Positions 26,001 to 32,043 of a stretch of 32,043 nt of DNA are shown piece after piece. Both the position numbers and the translations under genes were made by a program. This DNA comes from a virus (Duplodnaviria; Caudoviricetes), in the IMG/VR virus record IMGVR_UViG_3300027212_000022, positions 1 through 32,043 of that record, one strand, 5' to 3'. Each line of letters opens with the position of its first letter. Positions within the stretch are counted from its first letter, which is position 1. The notes beneath the pieces were generated by a model that was not told where the DNA came from, made no database searches, and saw nothing but the letters and a program-made list of their open reading frames with translations.

Positions 26001-26446
26001 AAATTCGCGATTAATCGATCCAAATCCTCGTTGATTAATTCCGAAATATATATTTCGACTTCTGTTCGTTCGGCTTTGGTCGGTTCAAAAATAATCTTTT
26101 TTCGTCGTTCCTCGTTTCCTTTTGCTTTCGCGAAATCTTTGTCGTTGATAATTGCCAAATAAACGTCGCCGCCATCTTCAACGACTTGAATTGAACCAAT
26201 CAAATCGCCGGTGAATTGCAAATCGACGTAACCGGTTTGAAATCCCAATTCGGAACGCGTTTTTTTCCATGATTTGGATTTGTAATTCCCAATTTTGGAA
26301 CCGGATGTGGCTTTCCCGTCGTTGAAAATTCGTTGTTTCATGGATACCTCCAACAATAAACCGCCTTGAATCAAATAACCCGTTTTTTTTCGGGAAATTT
26401 CTGTCGCCAATGACGAAATTTTTCGGGCCAATTCATCCGGTGTCAT
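25997..26446 (-). CDS. Neck or tail-completion protein (HK97 gp10/Mu gpG-like)
   Basis: Basic 149-aa protein with a VDLQFTGDLIGSI motif. Confidence 0.65.
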   Translation of the reverse strand: MTPDELARKISSLATEISRKKTGYLIQGGLLLEVSMKQRIFNDGKATSGSKIGNYKSKSWKKTRSELGFQTGYVDLQFTGDLIGSIQVVEDGGDVYLAIINDKDFAKAKGNEERRKKIIFEPTKAERTEVEIYISELINEDLDRLIANL

Positions 26447-26856
26447 TTGCTCAATTTTTTAATTCCCAATAATATCAAAATTAACAACATGAACATGACA
26501 ATGAAAATCAAAAAATCACGCCAATTCAATTTGTCAATGTCATTTTCCGATTTCGTGATCGTTTGAATATATTTTTCAATCCGGATTGTGTCGGATGGAC
26601 ATTTTGTGTCCACAAAAATCGAATCATTAACACGAACCAATTTCGTTTCAATTCGCGTTTTGATGTCCCGAATGAATATTGTATCGCGTCCATTGAATTG
26701 AACGATTGTGTCGAACGATTTGGATTGTGTCACAATTTCGGTATCACGATAAACGGTTTCGATTTGTTGCATGAACGGAAAACGTTCGCGACATTTTTTT
26801 TTCGTAACGCATCCGGAAACCAAAACCAAAACAAAAATGACGAAAGTATTTTTCAT
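26443..26856 (-). CDS. Putative unimolecular spanin
   Basis: Lipoprotein signal MKNTFVIFVLVLVSG-C, beta-rich DT-repeat core and a C-terminal TM helix followed by KK. Confidence 0.7.
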   Translation of the reverse strand: MKNTFVIFVLVLVSGCVTKKKCRERFPFMQQIETVYRDTEIVTQSKSFDTIVQFNGRDTIFIRDIKTRIETKLVRVNDSIFVDTKCPSDTIRIEKYIQTITKSENDIDKLNWRDFLIFIVMFMLLILILLGIKKLSK

Positions 26857-26865
26857 TTCATAAAA

Positions 26866-27378
26866 TTACGATTTGAATTCGAATTTTAATTCATCGATAA
26901 ATTCAACCCAATGGTCAAATGAATTGACCAGGTATTTCATTGAAATGAATGTCATGAATCCCAATGTCAACCCAAAACAAACGCCATCAAAATTTTGATT
27001 TGGGGCCTTTGTTTCATGATGAACCGGCCATTGAACGAATTCCGACGTCATTCGATTGTCGCCGCAATGAATCAAATTCGAATCACATGGTTGAATTGTG
27101 TCGGAATCATATCGAACAACGGTTGTTTTTTCAACCTCAACATTTTTTCGTTTTGGTTCAATGGTCATTGTGTCGCCAAATTCATTCACATGCAAATGAA
27201 TCATTTTTCCATCAACAACAAAATCAATGTTTTCGGGTTTTTGTGGTTTCAATATGATAAATTTTTCAATCATTTTGTGATTGTGTTTTGAACATTCGGG
27301 CCCTAAAATACAAATTTGATCGCGATAATTTATCACGTTGATTATTGTGTCGCGCGTTCCATCATTTGTTTTCATCAT
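26866..27378 (-). CDS. Hypothetical protein with a C-terminal TM segment, inside the lysis cluster
   Basis: Likely start at 27378 overlaps the holin stop; hydrophobic GVCFGLTLGFMTFISM. Confidence 0.6.
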   Translation of the reverse strand: MMKTNDGTRDTIINVINYRDQICILGPECSKHNHKMIEKFIILKPQKPENIDFVVDGKMIHLHVNEFGDTMTIEPKRKNVEVEKTTVVRYDSDTIQPCDSNLIHCGDNRMTSEFVQWPVHHETKAPNQNFDGVCFGLTLGFMTFISMKYLVNSFDHWVEFIDELKFEFKS

Positions 27379-27565
27379 TATTCGATTTTGGTAAATATCC
27401 GGCCGCAATTAGGGCCGCAATGATTGACGCCAACGTTTCAACCGATATTTTTTTGAATATCAATAAAAACACGGAAACCAAAATCATCAACGATCCAATT
27501 GTTTTTCGCCAATGTTTCAAAACAATATCAATGATTTTTTTGGTTTTGCTTAATTGACGGGCCAT
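27362..27565 (-). CDS. Putative holin (67 aa, 2 TM)
   Basis: HWRKTIGSLMILVSVFLLIF and LASIIAALIAAGYL with charged termini. Start moved to the ATG at 27565. Confidence 0.65.
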   Translation of the reverse strand: MARQLSKTKKIIDIVLKHWRKTIGSLMILVSVFLLIFKKISVETLASIIAALIAAGYLPKSNNDENK

Positions 27566-27629
27566 GTCCAATTTTACGAATTTGAAATGATTCGGTTTTC
27601 GACAAATCGCCGGAAAACTTACGAATGAA

Positions 27630-27743
27630 TTATCGTGTTGGTTTCGGTCGTTGAACCGGACGCGATGTTGGTCGTTGTGTTGGCCTTGGTTTTGACGTTC
27701 CACAATTACAACCCTTAAAAATGATGTCGTTTAATTTTATCAT
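27630..27743 (-). CDS. 37-aa GCNCG and Pro/Arg-rich peptide (missing from the ORF track)
   Basis: MIKLNDIIFKGCNCGTSKPRPTQRPTSRPVQRPKPTR; starts 12 nt after the upstream stop. Confidence 0.6.
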   Translation of the reverse strand: MIKLNDIIFKGCNCGTSKPRPTQRPTSRPVQRPKPTR

Positions 27744-27755
27744 GATGTTTATTTG

Positions 27756-28700
27756 TCAAGGTAAACCATACACAAAACGTGATTGGTTGCATGTGATACA
27801 AATGTCGTCCATCCTGGCAAATAATGACGGCAATGAATCGATGGATGTTTTGAATGTTGATTCATATTGTTTTTCAAATTCGGCCAATAAAAATTCACAT
27901 TTGGCCGAATCTAACAACGTCACCGAATTCAACCGGTCGGTCGTTAATGCTTCTTTAACAATTTCGATTCCGGTTCGATATAATATTGGGAAACGTAGTT
28001 TTTGCGCCAATACACAACCGATTTCATCAACCGAACATTCGGCCGCCGCGTTCACGACCAAACCAAACGACGTTGATGTTGTGGTTGATCCCGTCCATCC
28101 ATTGGCCACCAAAAATTCCGATTTCGTTGTGGAACAATTACATGATCCTTTCACTTTCGTTTTGTTCGGATTGATGGCCGTGTTGTCCATTGTGACATAT
28201 ATTTCGGATGTGTTCGATAAATAGTCAACGAAAATTTCGGCGTCACCGTTTGCATCTGTTGTAAATGGAAACGAAATATTGTCAACGCCATCAAAAATTT
28301 GAATCGAATGAACCAAATTTGTTTCAAGGATTCGGATTTTGATTGATTGAACACGAATTCGCAACATTCGCGAATCACGCGTTTGAATCCGGATCCCTTT
28401 GAAATTATTCGACGGCAATTCGAACGTCGATGTGAATTCGCCAATCTTCAATTCATCGACCAGGGATTTCATTCGAAAATAAGGTGACGCAAATTTTGAA
28501 ATATCATCCAAAACCAATTGTGTCGCGAAATCAATTTTTTGCATCAACAACGAAATTCCCGACGTCGTTCCGGAATCGGCAATATCGGCCGCGAACCTTA
28601 AATTGATTCCCTCCAAATCATCAACATATAATCCGGATTTCGGTGTTGTTAATGAAACACATTTAATTCCAATAAAATTTTCAAAACAATTTGTCGCCAT
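27756..28700 (-). CDS. Cys-rich putative head-tail adaptor or structural protein (314 aa)
   Basis: Helical ends flank a beta insert; late-operon position; 9 Cys. Confidence 0.5.
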   Translation of the reverse strand: MATNCFENFIGIKCVSLTTPKSGLYVDDLEGINLRFAADIADSGTTSGISLLMQKIDFATQLVLDDISKFASPYFRMKSLVDELKIGEFTSTFELPSNNFKGIRIQTRDSRMLRIRVQSIKIRILETNLVHSIQIFDGVDNISFPFTTDANGDAEIFVDYLSNTSEIYVTMDNTAINPNKTKVKGSCNCSTTKSEFLVANGWTGSTTTSTSFGLVVNAAAECSVDEIGCVLAQKLRFPILYRTGIEIVKEALTTDRLNSVTLLDSAKCEFLLAEFEKQYESTFKTSIDSLPSLFARMDDICITCNQSRFVYGLP

Positions 28701-29199
28701 AACCGAAAGGATCGTTTTTGTAAATATTTCTATCTTTTATTCCTATGGATTTCAAAAAATCCGGAACCCAAAATGATGGACATGCTTTGTTCCCGAATTG
28801 ATTGTGTCCCCCAATTAGAACATCCGGCGCGTAATCCAAAACCATTTTGATGATTTCGGTCAATGTCTTTATTTGTGAAACCGTCATTGTATTTTTTGGC
28901 GTTCCATCATGATCCAAACCGCCAACATAAACAACATGACGCGAAATTGAATTGATTCCTTTCACGCCATTTGTGATTTCCTTTGAATCAATCCACAAAT
29001 CGCCATTGTGTTCAACGAATCGATGGCGAATCCCGTCCAACAATATCATGTCGGAATATCCGACTTTTGTCCATCCCCGACCATTTGGCGGCGGCGATGT
29101 ATGCCATTGGATGATTTGTTCCGGTGTGACCTTTTGGCCCTCACGCGTCGCCGTGCAATGAATCACGAAATATTTGAATGGTTGAATTTGCATGTTCAA
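28681..29199 (-). CDS. N-acetylmuramoyl-L-alanine amidase endolysin (T7 lysozyme-like)
   Basis: VIHCTAT, GWTKVGY, YVGGLD and GHNQFGNKACPSF zinc-ligand motifs. Confidence 0.93.
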   Translation of the reverse strand: MNMQIQPFKYFVIHCTATREGQKVTPEQIIQWHTSPPPNGRGWTKVGYSDMILLDGIRHRFVEHNGDLWIDSKEITNGVKGINSISRHVVYVGGLDHDGTPKNTMTVSQIKTLTEIIKMVLDYAPDVLIGGHNQFGNKACPSFWVPDFLKSIGIKDRNIYKNDPFGYGDKLF

Positions 29200-29600
29200 A
29201 GTTGTTCAATTGTTTCATCAATTGGTTCGGGTTTTTTAACCGTTTTTAAACTGAAAAAAAACACATCGAATTTTTCGTTTTTAATTACAACATCGAATTC
29301 AACATCCGGATGTTCAATTTTAATTTTTTCGAAAACGGATTTGATGTTTTCATTTTGCTTTCGCCTCAAATAAGTAGATTGAATTGTGAAAATCACGCCG
29401 TTGTTTTCGTCAATTTGACGCGGCCATGTTGTTTTCATCATCTTATATTTCTTATTCCGTTCGTAATCCCTCAACATGTCCAAATGCGACGTTTGAAACG
29501 CCCAAACGAACAAATCATCATTCACATCGAAATGAATCAAATCAACGATGAATTTCAACGTTTTTGGAATTTCGTGAATGTCGTGTTTGCAATAAATCAT
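29196..29600 (-). CDS. Hypothetical protein (134 aa)
   Basis: Start moved to the ATG at 29600, downstream of the terminator; ATGA overlap with the amidase. Confidence 0.65.
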   Translation of the reverse strand: MIYCKHDIHEIPKTLKFIVDLIHFDVNDDLFVWAFQTSHLDMLRDYERNKKYKMMKTTWPRQIDENNGVIFTIQSTYLRRKQNENIKSVFEKIKIEHPDVEFDVVIKNEKFDVFFFSLKTVKKPEPIDETIEQL

Positions 29601-29627
29601 TTGATCGATTTTTAACAAAGATAAAAT

Positions 29628-29667
29628 AAAAAAATCCCCAATGACCAAAACGCCGTTGGGGATTTTT
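29628..29667 (-). terminator. Intrinsic terminator after the capsid and tail tube genes
   Basis: Minus strand AAAAATCCCCAACG...CATTGGGGATTTTTTT. Confidence 0.85.
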
Positions 29668-29682
29668 CAAATTTACTTCAAA

Positions 29683-30225
29683 TCAAATTCCGTCCAAATT
29701 TACGGCCACACCACAATAATTCAATGTCGCCGTCCATGAAATGGTTCCGTCAAAAAATATTGAACCGGTGTTATTGTCCTCAATAACCTGGTCAATTTCG
29801 GTTTGAAACGATGCAATCGGCCCGTAAAAATAGCCGTCACATGTATAATATCCGAATTGATAATTCGTCGCGTTTGCTTGGATTGTGTTCCAAAATGTGA
29901 TGTCGCCACACGCCGCCGGATCCGAATTGTAATCTTGGAACGTGATTGTTTTTTCACCGCCAACAACCGCCTCCGGGCCACATGACGAAATTCGTTTTTT
30001 CGTGAATGAACCTTTTGGTTTTTGGCCAATGATTAATCCCGTCAAAACGATGTCACCGGCCGCGATGGCCGTGATCCATTCGTTGCGATCTTCGATGTCC
30101 GTGAATGTGTAATCACATTTAATGAACGCCAATTTTGAAATCCCCCCGTTTCTTGTAACCACGCCACAACCGGCCGATGGGGAAATCGGTAACGCCGGTG
30201 CACATGAACTTGGACATAATGCCAT
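29683..30225 (-). CDS. Putative major tail tube protein (180 aa, 8 Cys)
   Basis: Co-transcribed with the capsid ahead of a terminator (fits high copy number); GGISKLAF motif; beta-rich; typical size. Confidence 0.6.
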   Translation of the reverse strand: MALCPSSCAPALPISPSAGCGVVTRNGGISKLAFIKCDYTFTDIEDRNEWITAIAAGDIVLTGLIIGQKPKGSFTKKRISSCGPEAVVGGEKTITFQDYNSDPAACGDITFWNTIQANATNYQFGYYTCDGYFYGPIASFQTEIDQVIEDNNTGSIFFDGTISWTATLNYCGVAVNLDGI

Positions 30226-30258
30226 TTTTTAAAAGTATTAAAAAGGTGAATAAAAAAA

Positions 30259-31284
30259 TTAAGGACATGCAACGATTGTCGAACAATCTTTGAAATTGAA
30301 TGTGTAATTCACGCCGAAATTGTCGTCGGTTGCCGCGAATGAATTCGATGGCAAATAAAACACGCCCCAATTCAATGACAATTTCATGATCCATTGATCC
30401 TGGCAATCATCATAATGAACCTTTAAATCATAAGTTAAACCGGTGAATGGATCCGTGATTGTTCCATGTTCGAACACATCATTTCGTTTTGCGTAATCGC
30501 CAACATATTTGTTCCACGTAACCAATTGAACCGCGTTTGGTGCCAACACGATGAATTCACCGGCCCCAATTACACCCTCAACAAAACGGTCGTTGAAATA
30601 CATGTAATCAGTCCAACGGGCCATATCGGTTCCGGTTGTTGAATTACAACATGCGATTTGTTGTGTTTTTGCATACAAATCAAAATTTCCCGAACCGATA
30701 ATCATCGGCGCACCCGACGCGCCAACCATGTCCAATTCATGCGTGATTTGTGCGGCGGCGATTGAACGCGGCGCGTTTGTCGTTCCCTCAAATAATTTAA
30801 CGGATTTCAACGATGTTCCGTCGGAAAATTTTCCAAAATTAGTTGATTGCTCGGTCAACAATTGTTTGTTCAATGCGACGTTCATCGCGTTGATTTGTGC
30901 CATCATGACGTTCGATGTATAAACCGAATCGGCCTCACATAAACGACGCATGTCGGATTCCGAAAATCCCATTCCTTTCGTTTCAATGCAATTTTCAATG
31001 TTGAAAATTGTTTCCAACGGTTCAATCACCTGGTCAACATCGCAATTATTTGTGCAAGTTAAATTGATTGAATCATCCGTTCCGCGTTGAATGTAGTTGA
31101 TTTGAACGCCACGATATTTTCCGTTGGTTGGAATTTGAATTGCTTCAAATCCGGCGCGATTTTCATCGCTCATTAATGCGTCTAAGTAACCGACGCGATC
31201 ACGTTTTAATGATGGCGCGTTTTGACCGGCCACCGCGTTCAAATTTTGTTGTAAATTGGAACATAATCCCTCTGTGAATGCCAT
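30259..31284 (-). CDS. Major capsid protein (341 aa, 10 Cys)
   Basis: Follows the scaffold; size and long-helix pattern fit an HK97 fold; TITDPFTGLTYDLKV. Confidence 0.8.
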   Translation of the reverse strand: MAFTEGLCSNLQQNLNAVAGQNAPSLKRDRVGYLDALMSDENRAGFEAIQIPTNGKYRGVQINYIQRGTDDSINLTCTNNCDVDQVIEPLETIFNIENCIETKGMGFSESDMRRLCEADSVYTSNVMMAQINAMNVALNKQLLTEQSTNFGKFSDGTSLKSVKLFEGTTNAPRSIAAAQITHELDMVGASGAPMIIGSGNFDLYAKTQQIACCNSTTGTDMARWTDYMYFNDRFVEGVIGAGEFIVLAPNAVQLVTWNKYVGDYAKRNDVFEHGTITDPFTGLTYDLKVHYDDCQDQWIMKLSLNWGVFYLPSNSFAATDDNFGVNYTFNFKDCSTIVACP

Positions 31285-31469
31285 TGTTTTAAATTTTTAG
31301 ATTTTTAAAAAAGTTAGTTGAAAAATTGATTTTTGGTTATAACACAAAACCCATATCAAAACAATCGATGTTAGAATCGAAAATTCCGAAATGGGCCGGT
31401 TTCCCCAAATTTGCCGAATAGGTTCGGCGAACCCGTGAAAAATTACGTTTTCGGGCCGTCGCCCCGTTT
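31285..31469 (-). ncRNA. Candidate structured leader RNA of the capsid gene
   Basis: 185-nt gap with several GC-rich stems in an otherwise tightly packed genome. Confidence 0.4.
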
Positions 31470-32043
31470 TTATTGTTGACCGAATGTTTTCATTGATTTC
31501 AATGATTCGGCGTTTTCCTGTGCTTTTTTCAACCCTACCAAATTAAATGTCGGTTTGTCGCCTCCATTCGTCGGTTGTGTTGACGTTGTTTGTTTGTTTG
31601 GTGTTGGATTATTTGGATTGCCGTTTGATTGTTTTACAACACCCAACGACGCCAAATGTCCATCCAATATTTCGTCAAATGTAACGATTTTTGTTCCATC
31701 CAAATTCAATGGATTCAAATTGTTTTTTGTTTTGACAATTAATTCGCCGGAATCATCAACATCGACGTTGAAATTTTGGTTCAAATAATTGTTCACGGCC
31801 GGAATCACAACATCGGATGAAACGATCAACGATTTTTTCGCGATCATCGAATTGATGATTGATTCACGTTTGAACGATTTAATTGCGGCCTTTGCTTCGT
31901 TTTCCTTTGCCGGAATGATTTCATCAACCAAACGTTTGTTTTCGTTGGTTAATTCAATCAATCGATTTTGCAGTTCCTCGGCGCCCGTGTTTGTCGCCCT
32001 GGTTGATTTCTCAAATGCCACGTTGATGATATCGTCGAACTTT
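31470..32043 (-). CDS. Capsid scaffolding protein, 3' part
   Basis: Continues in frame from 588..1 through the terminal repeat. Confidence 0.75.
   Translation of the reverse strand, partial: KFDDIINVAFEKSTRATNTGAEELQNRLIELTNENKRLVDEIIPAKENEAKAAIKSFKRESIINSMIAKKSLIVSSDVVIPAVNNYLNQNFNVDVDDSGELIVKTKNNLNPLNLDGTKIVTFDEILDGHLASLGVVKQSNGNPNNPTPNKQTTSTQPTNGGDKPTFNLVGLKKAQENAESLKSMKTFGQQ
31704..32043. repeat. Terminal direct repeat, copy 2
   Basis: Matches 1-340. Confidence 0.97.

Noticed and set aside
27566-27703. N-terminal extension of the holin (113-aa call)
   Set aside because: It has a GTG start and overlaps the 37-aa ORF. The ATG at 27565 gives a typical holin.
31285-31469. Self-cleaving ribozyme or tRNA in the capsid leader
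   Set aside because: I could not find a hammerhead core (CUGAUGA...GAAA), an HDV-like nested pseudoknot or a cloverleaf by eye.
86-31788. The many + strand ORFs in the track (e.g. 3494..4003, 27721..28224, 16688..17134)
   Set aside because: They lie antisense to well-supported genes and have no recognisable motifs. The scarcity of TAG, caused by the AG/CT depletion, inflates shadow ORFs.
1-32043. Stop-codon reassignment (TAG recoding)
   Set aside because: Genes are full length and tightly packed under the standard code. TAG is rare because AG is rare, and I saw no suppressor tRNA or genes broken by TAG.

Overview
The window is most likely a complete tailed-phage genome (siphovirus-like, 31,703 bp unit length). 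Bases 1-340 repeat at 31704-32043, and one ORF reads in frame across the junction. Every credible gene is on the minus strand. TAnnTTTG promoter motifs and A-rich start regions without Shine-Dalgarno sites point to a Bacteroidota host (inference). The order in the direction of transcription is: early cassette genes, Bet/RecT recombinase, initiator and loader, SSB, TerS, TerL, tail chaperone with a -1 frameshift, tape measure, three tail-tip proteins, portal, MuF-type minor head protein fused to a zincin domain, scaffold, major capsid, tail tube, amidase, adaptor, holin and spanin, neck proteins, and finally a 4-TM CxxC membrane protein. I see no integrase, DNA polymerase, tRNA or CRISPR array. 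Three signals stand out. (1) Outward-facing virion proteins are very cysteine-rich while the tape measure and scaffold have no Cys, and the late operon ends in a membrane protein whose CLYC motif is predicted to face the cytoplasm; together these suggest a phage-encoded disulfide-forming system. (2) AG/CT dinucleotides are strongly depleted genome-wide, but CCWGG escapes the depletion. (3) There is a MuF-metallopeptidase gene followed by a candidate immunity gene. All counts are manual and all family assignments come from motif recognition, not database searches.
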